DNA of 64,000 nt, taken from the NCBI GenBank assembly GCA_965662265.1, contig CBFIGX010000007.1, positions 34,775-98,774 on the forward strand, read 5' to 3'. This document shows, piece after piece, positions 51,694-63,039 of the stretch. The notes beneath the pieces were generated by a model. That model saw only the letters and a list, made by a program, of their open reading frames with translations. It did not search any database and was not told the origin of the DNA. The translations under genes and the position numbers were made by a program. The DNA comes from Flavobacteriales bacterium. Its GTDB lineage: Bacteria; Bacteroidota; Bacteroidia; Flavobacteriales; UBA7430. Numbering within the stretch: position 1 is the stretch's first letter; each line of letters begins with the position of its first letter.

Positions 51694-52272
51694 TCATGCA
51701 ATCATTATGAACAATTCTCTTCCATGTCTAGACGGAATAGAGTTAAAAGCATGATTTATTTTAACACTGTTAAAATAGGTTTTAAACAGACCAAGGTATT
51801 CTTTTTTATCACCTCCAAATGGAGGTCTGTCTGTGTTTAATGGAGCATTAAATAATAAACCTACGAGTTTTCCTTTAGGTTTTAATAATTCCTTCATTTT
51901 TTTGACATATCCTTGACGAAGCTTTGGGTCAATGGCACAGAAAAAAGTTTGCTCAATGATAAGATCATAGTTGTTGGAATGGTCAAAAAAGTTACCGCAA
52001 ATCAGTTGTTCTTCCCGCAAATCAGGGCAACGTTTTTGTAAGTTGTTTAATGCTTCTCGAGCTAGATCAATTACATAAACATTCGTAAATCCTTGTTTGT
52101 GTAAATATTCTGCTTCATAAGCATTACCACAACCAGGAATTAATATTTTTAGACTTTTATTTTCTAGTTGATTGACATAATCTTTAATGGGTGTTGTAAC
52201 GAAACCTACATCCCAACCGGTATCGTTATTTTGATACCTTCTATTCCAATTTTCACTGTTTAATTCCACCAT
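51694..52272 (-). CDS. SAM-dependent methyltransferase (thiopurine S-methyltransferase-like)
   Basis: WNRRYQNNDTGWD and SAM motif I ILIPGCGNAYEAEYL; 192 aa. Confidence 0.83.
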   Translation of the reverse strand: MVELNSENWNRRYQNNDTGWDVGFVTTPIKDYVNQLENKSLKILIPGCGNAYEAEYLHKQGFTNVYVIDLAREALNNLQKRCPDLREEQLICGNFFDHSNNYDLIIEQTFFCAIDPKLRQGYVKKMKELLKPKGKLVGLLFNAPLNTDRPPFGGDKKEYLGLFKTYFNSVKINHAFNSIPSRHGRELFIMIA

Positions 52273-52360
52273 AATTGCTGTATATCAAAGTGCCAATTTA
52301 ATCATTTATTATTCAGTCTTTTTTATATGTTCATATTTAAAATTATACATTTGAAATATC

Positions 52361-55282
52361 ATGACACAAGAAACATTAATTGAGCTTCAGAATAATATCC
52401 GAGGAAAAGTCTATCGAGATGACACCATGCGGCGTTTGTATGCAACTGATGCTTCTTCCTACAGAGAGATTCCTTTAGCTGTTGTTGTCCCTATTTGTAA
52501 AGAAGATATAAAACAGATAATTCATTTTGCATCAAAAAATAACACAGCCATTATTCCACGTGCTGCTGGTACTTCCCTTGCTGGACAAGTTGTTGGGGCA
52601 GGCATTATCGTTGATATTTCAGAGCATTTTGGTAAAATCATAGAAATAAATCCAAATGAAAGATACGCAATAGTAGAGCCAGGAGTCATAAGAGACGATT
52701 TGAATAAGGCTTTAGAACATTATGATTTGTTCTTTGGGCCAGAAACATCTACATCCAATAGATGTATGGTAGGTGGGATGGTCGGTAATAACTCATGTGG
52801 TTCAAGGTCATTAATTTATGGTTCAACAAGAGATCATATTCGGTCTATAAAAGTATTGTTATCTGATGGAAATGAAGTAGAATTTCAGGCCTTATCTAAA
52901 GAATGTTTTGAGAAAAAAGTGCAAGGCATCGATACAGCTTCTCAATTAGAAGTTGACATTTACAATCAAGCATATAAACTATTTTCTAGCATTGATAATA
53001 GGACACAAATATTAGATCAATTTCCTAAAAAAAGTATACCTAGAAGAAATACAGGCTATGCACTTGATTTATTAGCGCAAAGCAATTCTTTTTGTAATGA
53101 TTCGCCAGATTTTAACTTTTGTAATTTACTTGCAGGCTCTGAGGGAACATTGGCATTTACCACTCAAATAAAGTTGAATTTAGTGCCAAGGCCGTCAGTT
53201 CATAAAGCACTTATTTGTATGCACTTTAATAGTGTTCAGGAAGCTTTAGAGGCTAACATTAAAGTCTTGGAATACAAACCTACCGCATCCGAACTTATTG
53301 ATCATTACATTTTAGATTGTACTAAGTTAAATAAAGAACAAAGTGAAAATAGATTTTTCATTAAAGGCGAACCTCTGGCCATATTAATTGTTGAATTTGT
53401 AGAGCAAAACAATCAGGTATTACAGAAAAAAGTAGATGATTGTGTTTTAGAATTCAAAAAACAAGGTTGGGGTTTCTATCACCCTATTGTTCAGGGTCAT
53501 GGTATAAATAGGGTATGGAATTTAAGAGCCGCTGGCTTAGGACTTTTGTCAAATATTCCTGGTGATGCAAAGCCAGTTGCTGTAGTTGAAGATACAGCTG
53601 TTGATGTAAACGACCTACCTAATTTCATTAAAGACTTCAATCAAATACTAAGCAAAAGAAATTTAAATTGTGTGCATTATGCGCATGCTGCTACTGGAGA
53701 GTTACATTTGCGCCCTATTATCAATCTAAAAACTGAAGAAGGGAATAGCCTTTTTAAATTAATTGCTAAAGATATATCCAAACTTGTAAAACAATACAAG
53801 GGTTCTTTGAGTGGAGAACATGGAGATGGTCGACTAAGAGGTGAATTTCTACCCTATATGATTGGTTCTAAGAATTACCAACATTGTATTGACATCAAAA
53901 AGACATGGGATCCTAAAGGTATTTTTAACCCTGGTAAAATTGTAAATACACCAAGGATGAACAGTTCTTTGCGCTATATGCCAGGTTATAAAACCAAAGA
54001 GTTTAGCACAATATTAGATTTTAGTGAAGATTTAGGGATGCAACGAGCTGTAGAAAAATGTAACGGATCTGGAGATTGTAGAAAACCTCCTATGGCTGAA
54101 GGAGTAATGTGTCCAAGTTATAGAATTACTAAACAAGAAAAACATAGTACTCGCGCACGTGCTAATATTTTAAGAGAATTGTTTTCTACGCAAACCCTTA
54201 CAGAGGTCTTTACCAGTGAGTCAGCAAAAGAGGTGCTCGATTTATGTGTGTCGTGTAAGGCCTGTAAATCAGAGTGTCCATCTAATGTAGATATGGCAAA
54301 GATCAAAGCAGAATTTGACTATCAATTACAAAAACGAAAAGGAATAAGTCTCAGAACTCGATTATTTGTTATGACCAGTACTCTAAACAAATATGCATCT
54401 GTTTGGCCTGGTTTGTATAATTTTATGGTAACAAATACAATCACTTCAAGCATACTAAAACAAATGATAGGAATAGCTCATCAAAGATCTTTGCCTCTAT
54501 TATCGTTACAAACTTTAAGCAACTGGTATATTAGCTATCAACAAAAAGGTAGCTTTAAATCTAGCGTATATTTATTTAATGATGAGTTCACGAATTATCA
54601 TCACTATCAAATAGGAGTCAAATGTATAAAGTTGCTCAATTCTTTGGGTTATAAAGTAATCATACCTCAACACCTTGATAGTGGGCGTGCATTTATTTCA
54701 AAGGGATTATTAGAGCAAGCAAAAGTGCTAGCTAATCACAATATAAATGCGCTCTCCTCAAAAGTTTCAGATTCTTGTCCAATTATAGGGCTTGAGCCAT
54801 CTGCCATTCTAAGTTTTAGAGACGAGTATATTGATCTCTCTGACAACAAACAAAAAGCTAATAATTTGGCCCAATATAGTTTTACAATAGAAGAATTCTT
54901 TGCTAGAGAAATTGATGCAGGACATATATCGCCTTTTAATTTTACAACTCAGCAAAAACAAATACGTCTTCATGGACATTGTTATCAAAAAGCACTTTCA
55001 TCTTTAACAGCTAGTAAAAAAATGTTGAGTTTACCAAAGCACTTTAAAGTACAATTGATTCCTTCTGGTTGTTGTGGTATGGCAGGATCATTCGGCTTCG
55101 AGAAAGAACATTATGGCTTCGCCATGCAAATGGCGGAACTTAAACTATTCCCATACATTAGATCTGAAGAAATCGATACTGTTATAGTAGCTTCAGGAAC
55201 TAGTTGTAGACACCAAATAAAAGATGGGACCCAAAGAAAAGCATTGCATCCAGTAGAGGTATTATATGATGCCTTGGTATAA
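52361..55282 (+). CDS. FAD-binding plus (Fe-S)-binding oxidoreductase fusion (GlcD/GlcF-type, YdiJ-like)
   Basis: FAD PCMH N-terminal domain (PRAAGTSLAGQ). Two 4Fe-4S-type clusters (CNGSGDCRK...; CVSCKACKSECPS). C-terminal CCG-type motifs (GHCYQKA; SGCCGMAGSFG). 973 aa. Confidence 0.9.
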   Translation: MTQETLIELQNNIRGKVYRDDTMRRLYATDASSYREIPLAVVVPICKEDIKQIIHFASKNNTAIIPRAAGTSLAGQVVGAGIIVDISEHFGKIIEINPNERYAIVEPGVIRDDLNKALEHYDLFFGPETSTSNRCMVGGMVGNNSCGSRSLIYGSTRDHIRSIKVLLSDGNEVEFQALSKECFEKKVQGIDTASQLEVDIYNQAYKLFSSIDNRTQILDQFPKKSIPRRNTGYALDLLAQSNSFCNDSPDFNFCNLLAGSEGTLAFTTQIKLNLVPRPSVHKALICMHFNSVQEALEANIKVLEYKPTASELIDHYILDCTKLNKEQSENRFFIKGEPLAILIVEFVEQNNQVLQKKVDDCVLEFKKQGWGFYHPIVQGHGINRVWNLRAAGLGLLSNIPGDAKPVAVVEDTAVDVNDLPNFIKDFNQILSKRNLNCVHYAHAATGELHLRPIINLKTEEGNSLFKLIAKDISKLVKQYKGSLSGEHGDGRLRGEFLPYMIGSKNYQHCIDIKKTWDPKGIFNPGKIVNTPRMNSSLRYMPGYKTKEFSTILDFSEDLGMQRAVEKCNGSGDCRKPPMAEGVMCPSYRITKQEKHSTRARANILRELFSTQTLTEVFTSESAKEVLDLCVSCKACKSECPSNVDMAKIKAEFDYQLQKRKGISLRTRLFVMTSTLNKYASVWPGLYNFMVTNTITSSILKQMIGIAHQRSLPLLSLQTLSNWYISYQQKGSFKSSVYLFNDEFTNYHHYQIGVKCIKLLNSLGYKVIIPQHLDSGRAFISKGLLEQAKVLANHNINALSSKVSDSCPIIGLEPSAILSFRDEYIDLSDNKQKANNLAQYSFTIEEFFAREIDAGHISPFNFTTQQKQIRLHGHCYQKALSSLTASKKMLSLPKHFKVQLIPSGCCGMAGSFGFEKEHYGFAMQMAELKLFPYIRSEEIDTVIVASGTSCRHQIKDGTQRKALHPVEVLYDALV

Positions 55283-55339
55283 ACTTTATTTTTCCCGACT
55301 TCACCTGTTAGATACGATTACATATTTCCTCATATTCTA

Positions 55340-55371
55340 TTGAACTAATTCACAGAACAATCGTATTTTTG
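55340..55371 (+). promoter_or_regulatory. Candidate promoter for lpdA (-33 TTG and -7 TATTTTTG)
   Basis: TTG at 55340-55342, a 21-nt spacer, then TATTTTTG at 55364-55371, which is 36 nt before the ATG. Confidence 0.35.
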
Positions 55372-55406
55372 TTGTGCTATTTACAAAAACACTATAAACA
55401 GTGATC

Positions 55407-56810
55407 ATGGAAAAATACGATGTTGCCGTAATAGGTTCTGGTCCCGGAGGATATGTAGCAGCAATACGCTGCGCTCAGTTAGGTATGAAAACTGCCCTGA
55501 TAGAAAAGTATAGCACTTTAGGAGGAACATGCCTAAATGTAGGCTGTATTCCGTCTAAAGCCTTATTAAATTCATCAGAACACTTTCATGCTGCTAAGCA
55601 TAGTTTTGCTGATCATGGTATAGAGATTGATACGCCAAAAATAAATATCGCTCAGCTCATGAAACGCAAAACAGATGTTGTTGAACAAACATGCTCGGGG
55701 ATAGACTTTTTAATGAAGAAAAATAAAATTGATGTTCATCAGGGCTGGGCTTCTTTTGAAGATGCTACACATATCAATATTTCTAAAGAAAATGGGCAGG
55801 AGCAAATAGAAGCTGCTAAAACTATTATCGCCACAGGGTCTAAGCCATCAACACTTCCATTTATCACTTTAGATAAAGAACGTGTAATTACTTCTACCGA
55901 AGCTTTAAGCTTAACTGAAGTTCCTAAAAAACTAATAGTAATTGGAGGAGGAGTTATAGGTTTAGAGTTGGGTTCTGTATACGGAAGATTAGGTGCAGAT
56001 GTAACCGTTGTAGAATACGCAGATAGTCTTATTCCTACAATGGATAAAGACTTGGGTAAAGAATTCCGAAAAGTTCTCAAAAAAGACCTTAAATTTAATA
56101 TACACCTTAATTGTGGTGTTAATTCTGTTGTGCGACAAGGCGATGAAGTAATTGTAAAGGCTACCAATAAAAAAGGTGATGAAGAAGTTTTTACAGCAGA
56201 CTATTGCTTAGTAGCCGTAGGACGAAAACCCTTTACAGATAAACTTAACCTAGAAAAGGCTGGCGTAAAGCAAGACGATAGAGGACGAATAGATGTTAAT
56301 GAACACCTTCAAACTTCTGTGCCCAATATATTTGCTATTGGAGATGTAGTAAGAGGTGCGATGTTAGCGCATAAAGCAGAAGAGGAAGGCGTCTATGTAG
56401 CAGAGTTTATGGCTGGCGAAAAACCACACATGAACCACAACTTAATTCCAGGAGTTGTTTATACTTGGCCAGAAATAGCTGCGGTAGGTAAAACAGAAGA
56501 ACAGTTAAAAGCTCATGGTATTCAATATAAAACAGGATCCTTTCCCTTCAAGGCATCAGGAAGAGCAAGAGCTTCTAACGATACAGATGGTTTTGTAAAA
56601 GTACTTGCAGATGCAAATACTGATGAAATTTTAGGTGTGCATATGATTGGCCCTCGCGCTGGTGATATGATTGCTGAAGCAGTTGTTGCTATGGAGTATA
56701 GAGCATCTGCAGAAGATATCGCTCGTATTTGTCATGCCCACCCAACTTTTACTGAAGCACTTAAAGAAGCAGCTCTAGATGCCACTCAAAACCGTGCGCT
56801 TCATATTTAG
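55407..56810 (+). CDS. lpdA: Dihydrolipoyl dehydrogenase (E3)
   Basis: VIGSGPGGY FAD motif, redox-active GGTCLNVGCIPSK, C-terminal HAHPT. ATG 55407 was preferred over GTG 55401. Confidence 0.95.
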   Translation: MEKYDVAVIGSGPGGYVAAIRCAQLGMKTALIEKYSTLGGTCLNVGCIPSKALLNSSEHFHAAKHSFADHGIEIDTPKINIAQLMKRKTDVVEQTCSGIDFLMKKNKIDVHQGWASFEDATHINISKENGQEQIEAAKTIIATGSKPSTLPFITLDKERVITSTEALSLTEVPKKLIVIGGGVIGLELGSVYGRLGADVTVVEYADSLIPTMDKDLGKEFRKVLKKDLKFNIHLNCGVNSVVRQGDEVIVKATNKKGDEEVFTADYCLVAVGRKPFTDKLNLEKAGVKQDDRGRIDVNEHLQTSVPNIFAIGDVVRGAMLAHKAEEEGVYVAEFMAGEKPHMNHNLIPGVVYTWPEIAAVGKTEEQLKAHGIQYKTGSFPFKASGRARASNDTDGFVKVLADANTDEILGVHMIGPRAGDMIAEAVVAMEYRASAEDIARICHAHPTFTEALKEAALDATQNRALHI

Positions 56811-56960
56811 ATTATTCTTTATAAAAAAAGTTGAAATACTTCTAAAACATCACTTGTAACTTGGCAATACATTAATATGTGTCTATTATAATTTTAGATT
56901 TACGAAGAATCATCTTTCTTATTTTAGATGCTTGTTAACCTATTAAAGATTTAAAAATTG

Positions 56961-57338
56961 ATGAGTAACTATATAGATGGTTTTGTTTTCCCAATCGCTA
57001 AAGTAAATATAATCCCATATCAAAAAATAGCAAAACAAGTGTCAGATATATGGGTAGAACACGGAGCTTTGGCTTATTATGAATGCCTTGCTAATGATCT
57101 TTTTTTAGAAGGAACGGCCTCTTTTGCCGATGCTGTAAAAGTTGAAAAGGATGAAACTATTGTATTCGGTTGGGTTGTTTTTCCTTCAAAAGAAGTACGT
57201 GATTTGGCCCATCAAAAAGTGTCATCAGATTCAAGACTAGCTCATTTAATTGAAGCAATAACGAATCCTAAAAAGGTAATATTTGACCCTAGCAGAATGG
57301 TTTTTGGTGGATTTAATGCTTTTATTTCATCTGACTAA
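56961..57338 (+). CDS. DUF1428 family protein
   Basis: YIDGFVFPI...IWVEHGALAYYECL...DETIVFGWVVFPSKEVRD...RMVFGGF matches my recollection of DUF1428. Confidence 0.83.
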   Translation: MSNYIDGFVFPIAKVNIIPYQKIAKQVSDIWVEHGALAYYECLANDLFLEGTASFADAVKVEKDETIVFGWVVFPSKEVRDLAHQKVSSDSRLAHLIEAITNPKKVIFDPSRMVFGGFNAFISSD

Positions 57339-57431
57339 GTAAACTCTATTAAATAGAAGTTATTGTGCCAATAAAAGTTCCCTTACGATTTAACTGTTAA
57401 TAGCACGAAGAGTAATTACTATCTTTACCAA

Positions 57432-58715
57432 ATGCGCTTTCAAACTCTTATAAATAATCAAGATACAGAAGTCTTAAAAGATGCACTATTACAGCAGTTT
57501 AAGTCTTCTGAAGCCATGCTGTTATTAGACAGTAATCAGGTTAAAGGTGAGTTCGACTGGATGTTAGCAGTGGGAAAAGTTGACGATATTAGTTGTGGTT
57601 ATGAAAATGCTTTTGATAGATTAGAGAAATTTCACAATAAACATAATGATTGGATTTTTGGCGCACTGTCATATGATCTAAAAAATGATACCGAACAACT
57701 AAGCTCTCAAAACAATGATGGTATTGATGCACCAGAACTCTATTTTTTTGTGCCAGAGTATCGATTTGTTTGCCTGAATGGCAATGTAGAAGTTTATAGG
57801 CACGATTGTGTAGCACCTTGGCAAGAAAATGATAATCGCGAAAGTTACCTTAACGATATACCGAATTTTGATGGACACATTAAACCAAGAGTATCAAAAA
57901 AAGACTATCTAAATACAGTGCGTAACATTCAAAAATACATTCAGTATGGCGATATCTACGAAATGAATTATTGCCAAGAGTTTTATTCTACCGAAGCCCA
58001 ACTAAACCCTTTAGATACATTTAAATACCTAAATCGAATATCTAAAGCACCTTTTTCGTGTTTTTACAAACAGGATAATCTGTATTTGATATCAGCGAGT
58101 CCTGAACGCTATATTAAAAAAATAGGTACAAGACTCATCTCACAACCTATCAAGGGTACTCGTAAACGTGGATATAGTAGAGAAGAAGATGCGCGACTAA
58201 AAAAAGAACTACTGGATGATCCTAAAGAACGTTCTGAAAATGTGATGATTGTAGATTTAGTTAGGAACGATTTCTCTAGAATAGCTAAAAGTAATTCGGT
58301 AACTGTAGACGAATTGTTTGGTATATATACCTTTGATCAGGTTCATCAGATGATCTCTACTATTTCATGTGAGATAGATGTTAAGACCACCTTAAGTACC
58401 GTATTAAAAGCTACATTTCCAATGGGTTCGATGACAGGAGCTCCAAAAATTAGAGCAATGGAGTTGATTGAAAATTTTGAAAGTACAAAGCGAGGTTTGT
58501 ATTCTGGTGCTGTAGGATATATTTCTCCTGAAGGTAACTTTGATTTTAATGTTGTGATTCGCTCCATACTTTACAATTCTGCAAAACAGTATCTTAGCTT
58601 TATGGTTGGAAGTGCAATTACTATTGCTAGTATAGCAGAACACGAATATGAAGAATGTTTTGTGAAAGCAAAAGCACTATTTGAGGCCCTTGGAACAGAT
58701 GCAGCAGAGGTTTAA
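57432..58715 (+). CDS. pabB: Aminodeoxychorismate synthase component I (chorismate-binding, anthranilate synthase component I family)
   Basis: YEMNYCQEF, SASPERY, KGTRKRG, ENVMIVDLVRND and PMGSMTGAPK strings. The short 427-aa form has no adjacent trp genes. Confidence 0.82.
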   Translation: MRFQTLINNQDTEVLKDALLQQFKSSEAMLLLDSNQVKGEFDWMLAVGKVDDISCGYENAFDRLEKFHNKHNDWIFGALSYDLKNDTEQLSSQNNDGIDAPELYFFVPEYRFVCLNGNVEVYRHDCVAPWQENDNRESYLNDIPNFDGHIKPRVSKKDYLNTVRNIQKYIQYGDIYEMNYCQEFYSTEAQLNPLDTFKYLNRISKAPFSCFYKQDNLYLISASPERYIKKIGTRLISQPIKGTRKRGYSREEDARLKKELLDDPKERSENVMIVDLVRNDFSRIAKSNSVTVDELFGIYTFDQVHQMISTISCEIDVKTTLSTVLKATFPMGSMTGAPKIRAMELIENFESTKRGLYSGAVGYISPEGNFDFNVVIRSILYNSAKQYLSFMVGSAITIASIAEHEYEECFVKAKALFEALGTDAAEV

Positions 58716-60015
58716 TACATATTGTCAGCAAATCGGTCTTACCAAAGACTCATCTCTATTACTGGCTATTAGTGGTGGGCTTGATTCTATGGCTTTACTG
58801 GATTTAATGCTCAATGCTGGTTTTTCGATACACGTGGCTCATTGCAATTTTAAGCTCAGAGATCTAGAATCCGATGATGATGCTGTATTTGTTCAATCTT
58901 TTTGTGATAAAAAAAACATCCCGTTTTATCTCAAAGAATTCGAAACATCAACTTTTGCAAAGGAAAAAAATATTTCTATTCAAATGGCCGCAAGAGAACT
59001 TCGTTACAAGTGGTTTGAAACACTTAGAATTGAAATTGGGATAGACTATGTGGTTACAGCACATCACACAGATGATCAGGTTGAAACAATTTTAATTAAT
59101 TTCACGAGGGGAACGGGGGTTAGTGGTTTGAAAGGAATTAGTGCTAGAAAAAAACAATTAGTAAGGCCACTTCTTTTTACTGATCGAAAGGAATTAAAAC
59201 GTTGGGTAAACAAAAAAGGAATTGATTATAGAGAAGATTCTAGCAATAAGTCCATCAAATATGTTCGAAATAAGTTAAGACATAAAGTAATACCCATTTT
59301 AAAAGAAATTAATCCTTCTCTTTGTTTAACTGTTAGAGATAACATTGAAAAGGTAACTGATTCGATATCTAATCTTCATTATTTCTATGAAAAAGAACGT
59401 GTCACACTAATCAAGCAAAAAGACAGAAATTTTCACATAGACATAAATGATGTAAAAACATATCCTGCACCCTCTGATATTCTCTTTTATTTACTTTCTA
59501 AATACGGATTTAACGATTGGAAAGGCATTAACAACATATTAAATGCTAGTTCAGGGAAAATCATATTTAGTTCTAGTCATCAATTGTTGAAGAATAGAAA
59601 TGAGCTTATACTTTCTCCTATAACAAGCTCATCTAATGATGTTTATGCAATCGGTGACACGCTGTCTCAATTAATTAAACCAATAAAACTTTTATTTAAA
59701 ATAGAGCTTAATGTAGAATTTACTATAAGCTCCAATCCATTGGTAGCTGCCTTAGACTATGATAAATTGGTTTTTCCTCTAACACTAAGAAAATGGCAAA
59801 AAGGGGATGTTTTTATTCCTTTGGGTATGAAAGGTAAAAAGAAGGTTAGTGATTTTTTTATTGATAAAAAGATGAGCCTTATAGAAAAAGAACAAACATG
59901 GCTGCTATGCTCTGGTAATGATATTGTGTGGATAATAGGGCATAGGATAGATGAAAGATATAAACTTGTAGAGAAGTCTCAAAAAGTTTACCTTGCTCAG
60001 CTAAAACTCAACTAA
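58699..60015 (+). CDS. tilS: tRNA(Ile)-lysidine synthetase
   Basis: PP-loop LLAISGGLDSMALL and AHHTDDQVETILINFTRG. ATG 58699 overlaps the pabB end by 17 nt. Confidence 0.9.
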   Translation: MQQRFNTYCQQIGLTKDSSLLLAISGGLDSMALLDLMLNAGFSIHVAHCNFKLRDLESDDDAVFVQSFCDKKNIPFYLKEFETSTFAKEKNISIQMAARELRYKWFETLRIEIGIDYVVTAHHTDDQVETILINFTRGTGVSGLKGISARKKQLVRPLLFTDRKELKRWVNKKGIDYREDSSNKSIKYVRNKLRHKVIPILKEINPSLCLTVRDNIEKVTDSISNLHYFYEKERVTLIKQKDRNFHIDINDVKTYPAPSDILFYLLSKYGFNDWKGINNILNASSGKIIFSSSHQLLKNRNELILSPITSSSNDVYAIGDTLSQLIKPIKLLFKIELNVEFTISSNPLVAALDYDKLVFPLTLRKWQKGDVFIPLGMKGKKKVSDFFIDKKMSLIEKEQTWLLCSGNDIVWIIGHRIDERYKLVEKSQKVYLAQLKLN

Positions 60016-60121
60016 AATGGTTGGGTTTTACCTTCTAAAATAGTTATTTTACATCTGTGTAGCATGCGGTATACAATTTGCATTTTAACAGCAAAACTTG
60101 ATTTATTTAATAAGAATTAGA

Positions 60122-62059
60122 ATGAGATACCTACTAAGTTTCTTTATAGCACTGTTTATTACAAACACTGCTTGGTCACAAATAGAAGATCCAGTACAAT
60201 GGAATTTTGAAGTAAAAGCAATTGATGCAGGGCAAGTTGATATTGTCATGACTGCCACCATTGAAGAAGGTTGGCACTTGTATTCACAGAATGCTGGTGA
60301 AGGACCCATCCCAACATCATTTACATTTTTTGAAGATCTAGCTTACACTACAGAAGGCCCTGTCATAGAAGGTGATCCAAAAGAAGAGTTTGATAAGAAT
60401 TTTGAGTCTGTATTAAAGTATTTTGATAAGGAAGCAGTATTTGTTCAACGCCTTAATTTATTAACTGATAAGTCATCGAAACTTAAGGGAGAGCTACAGT
60501 TTATGGTATGTAATGACGTGATGTGTTTACCACCTGAATGGATAGACATAGAATTAGATTTACCAGCCTCCTCATCATCCATTTCAAAGGGGTCTTCCAT
60601 ATCAAGCCCTAAAGAACCTATGGCTAATACCGAAGGTGCTTGGAGTATTTTTATCATTGCTTTTTTAAGTGGATTTGTAGCGCTACTCACTCCTTGTGTG
60701 TTTCCTATGATTCCTATGACCGTTAGTTTCTTTACCAAGCAATCTAAGACTAAAGCTTCAGGTATTAGAAATGCTATTATTTACGGATTATCTATCATTG
60801 GTATATATGTTATTTTAGGAGTATTTGTATCCGCTGTTTTTGGTGCTGATGCACTTAACAATATGGCTACGAATGTTTATTTTAATTTAGCGTTCTTTTT
60901 ATTACTATTAATTTTCGCAGCATCCTTTTTAGGTGCATTTGAGTTAACCTTACCAAGTTCTTGGATAAATAAGGCAGACAGCGCATCTGATAAAGGAGGA
61001 ATGATCGGCATATTTTTTATGGCCTTTACCTTAGCTTTGGTTTCATTTTCTTGTACTGGACCCATAGTTGGCACATTGTTGGTAGAAGCTGCCGCCGGAG
61101 GTTCGTATTTTGGGCCTATAATCGGGATGTTAGGCTTTTCATTAGCTATAGCACTTCCTTTTGCTTTATTTGCTGCTTTCCCTGGTTGGTTAAATTCATT
61201 ACCTAAGTCTGGAGGTTGGCTAAACTCTGTTAAAGTTGTTTTAGGGTTTTTGGAACTTGCTCTAGCATTTAAGTTTTTATCAAATGCGGATTTAGTTCTA
61301 GAATTACATATTCTCGAAAGAGAAATATTTATCGCTATATGGATTATTGTATTCGGATTATTAACCTTGTATTTATTAGGGAAATTAAAGTTCTCTCACG
61401 ATAGCGATTTACCTTATATATCTGTAACGCGGTTGTTTTTGGCTGTGGTAACAGGAGCTTTTACAATATATATGATTCCAGGTTTATGGGGTGCCCCACT
61501 AAAGCTTATAAGCGCATTCCCTCCACCATTAGAATATAGTGAATCGCCACACGGCGTAGGATATACCTTAGGAGGTGTTCAACAGCATAAAGAAGATGGA
61601 CAGCATTTAGGCCCTCAGGGACTTATGGTATTTCACGATTATGATGAAGGAGTGGCATATGCCAAAACAGTCAATAAGCCAGTAATGCTAGACTTTACAG
61701 GAAAGGCCTGTGTGAATTGTAGAAAGATGGAGCAAGACGTGTGGTCTGATCCTCAGATAAAATCTATGTTAAAGAATGATGTAGTCTTGATTTCTCTTTA
61801 TGTAGATTTAAGAGAAAAACTTCCAGAAGATCAACAATATGAAACTACTTTAGCAGGAAAAGCTAAGAAAGTTCGTACAGTAGGAGATAAATGGATGGTG
61901 CTTCAGGCCAATACATATGGCACTAATTCACAGCCATATTATGTGATGCTTGATCGTAATGAAAATCCTTTGGTTGAAAATGCGAATTACCAAGATTATG
62001 GTTCAGTAGATTTGTTTAAAGATTGGTTAGAAAGAGGCTTAGCTCAATACAAGAAATAA
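60122..62059 (+). CDS. dsbD: Thiol:disulfide interchange protein DsbD family (N-terminal DsbD-alpha-like, CcdA-type TM core, C-terminal thioredoxin)
   Basis: Signal peptide MRYLLSFFIALFITNTAWSQ. TM cysteines LTPCVFPMIPM and SFSCTGPIVG. Thioredoxin motif CVNC. Confidence 0.9.
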   Translation: MRYLLSFFIALFITNTAWSQIEDPVQWNFEVKAIDAGQVDIVMTATIEEGWHLYSQNAGEGPIPTSFTFFEDLAYTTEGPVIEGDPKEEFDKNFESVLKYFDKEAVFVQRLNLLTDKSSKLKGELQFMVCNDVMCLPPEWIDIELDLPASSSSISKGSSISSPKEPMANTEGAWSIFIIAFLSGFVALLTPCVFPMIPMTVSFFTKQSKTKASGIRNAIIYGLSIIGIYVILGVFVSAVFGADALNNMATNVYFNLAFFLLLLIFAASFLGAFELTLPSSWINKADSASDKGGMIGIFFMAFTLALVSFSCTGPIVGTLLVEAAAGGSYFGPIIGMLGFSLAIALPFALFAAFPGWLNSLPKSGGWLNSVKVVLGFLELALAFKFLSNADLVLELHILEREIFIAIWIIVFGLLTLYLLGKLKFSHDSDLPYISVTRLFLAVVTGAFTIYMIPGLWGAPLKLISAFPPPLEYSESPHGVGYTLGGVQQHKEDGQHLGPQGLMVFHDYDEGVAYAKTVNKPVMLDFTGKACVNCRKMEQDVWSDPQIKSMLKNDVVLISLYVDLREKLPEDQQYETTLAGKAKKVRTVGDKWMVLQANTYGTNSQPYYVMLDRNENPLVENANYQDYGSVDLFKDWLERGLAQYKK

Positions 62060-62632
62060 ATGACAAAGGCGCAACAAGAGTTTATTGAAGCACAAAAAGT
62101 ACTTGCAGAATTTATTGCAGACGAAAACAATTTTTCTGCCATAGAAAAGGCAGCAAAGATTATGGTAGACGCCTTTAAGGCAAAAAACAAACTTATCAGC
62201 TGTGGTAATGGTGGTTCTATGTGTGACGCCATGCATTTGGCAGAAGAGTTGTCAGGTAGGTTCCGTGACCACAGAGCCGCTCTTCCTGCTATATCAATTT
62301 CAGATCCTTCATACATGTCTTGTGTTATAAATGATTATGGTGCTGAGGCTGTATTTTCTAGATTTATAGAAGGGGTGGGTTTGGAAGGCGATGTATTGGT
62401 GGCTATTAGCACTAGCGGAAATTCGAAAAATATAATTCAGGCTGTAAAGGTAGCCAAAGAAAAAGGGTTGCAAGTGATAGCACTTACCGGCAAAACAGGA
62501 GGGCATCTAGCTCAGTATGCTGATGTTGAAATTCGTGCACCTCACACGGAATATGCCGATAGAGCTCAAGAAATACACATTAAAGTTATTCATAGTCTTA
62601 TTCATACGGTAGAACAGATGATGTTTCATTAG
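62060..62632 (+). CDS. gmhA: SIS-domain phosphoheptose isomerase (GmhA/DiaA family)
   Basis: [17 protein letters not shown] and [10 protein letters not shown] motifs. It starts directly after the dsbD stop. Confidence 0.86.
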   Translation: MTKAQQEFIEAQKVLAEFIADENNFSAIEKAAKIMVDAFKAKNKLISCGNGGSMCDAMHLAEELSGRFRDHRAALPAISISDPSYMSCVINDYGAEAVFSRFIEGVGLEGDVLVAISTSGNSKNIIQAVKVAKEKGLQVIALTGKTGGHLAQYADVEIRAPHTEYADRAQEIHIKVIHSLIHTVEQMMFH

Positions 62633-63039
62633 TCTACTTCAAAAATTTCAAACCTTAGGTGCTGACTCGTTTTAATTAAAAAAACTTTTTGAAGTAATTT
62701 CATTACTGTTTTAGCAGCTTTTTCCGAGTTATCAGCAAGTGGATGAAAGAAGTATACTAATTGCTCGTCGTTGTGTTTTGAGGCAACAGAATCAAATTTA
62801 AAGTGAGAGTGTGTAAATCTATTTAAAATTTCAGCATCATCGTCAGGGTCAAAACATATGGATAGTGATAAGCCAAATTCACCTTCTTCAGAACGAGATT
62901 CCTCAGCCATATTTTTATTAATTATCTGAAGAACTTCAATCTCTTTTATATAAATGGATATCACAAATTTTTCATTGTGTTTACTGTATCCCGCTAGAGC
63001 AATGTCTAATACTTCTATCAGCTGATTAGGCGTTGTCAT
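62629..63039 (-). CDS. Hypothetical protein (136 aa), no family recognised
   Basis: Intact ORF whose ATG forms an ATGA overlap with the meaB stop (63036-63039). It has an acidic central stretch ([11 protein letters not shown]...DPDDDAE). Coding status is inferred from the coupling only. Confidence 0.55.
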   Translation of the reverse strand: MTTPNQLIEVLDIALAGYSKHNEKFVISIYIKEIEVLQIINKNMAEESRSEEGEFGLSLSICFDPDDDAEILNRFTHSHFKFDSVASKHNDEQLVYFFHPLADNSEKAAKTVMKLLQKVFLIKTSQHLRFEIFEVD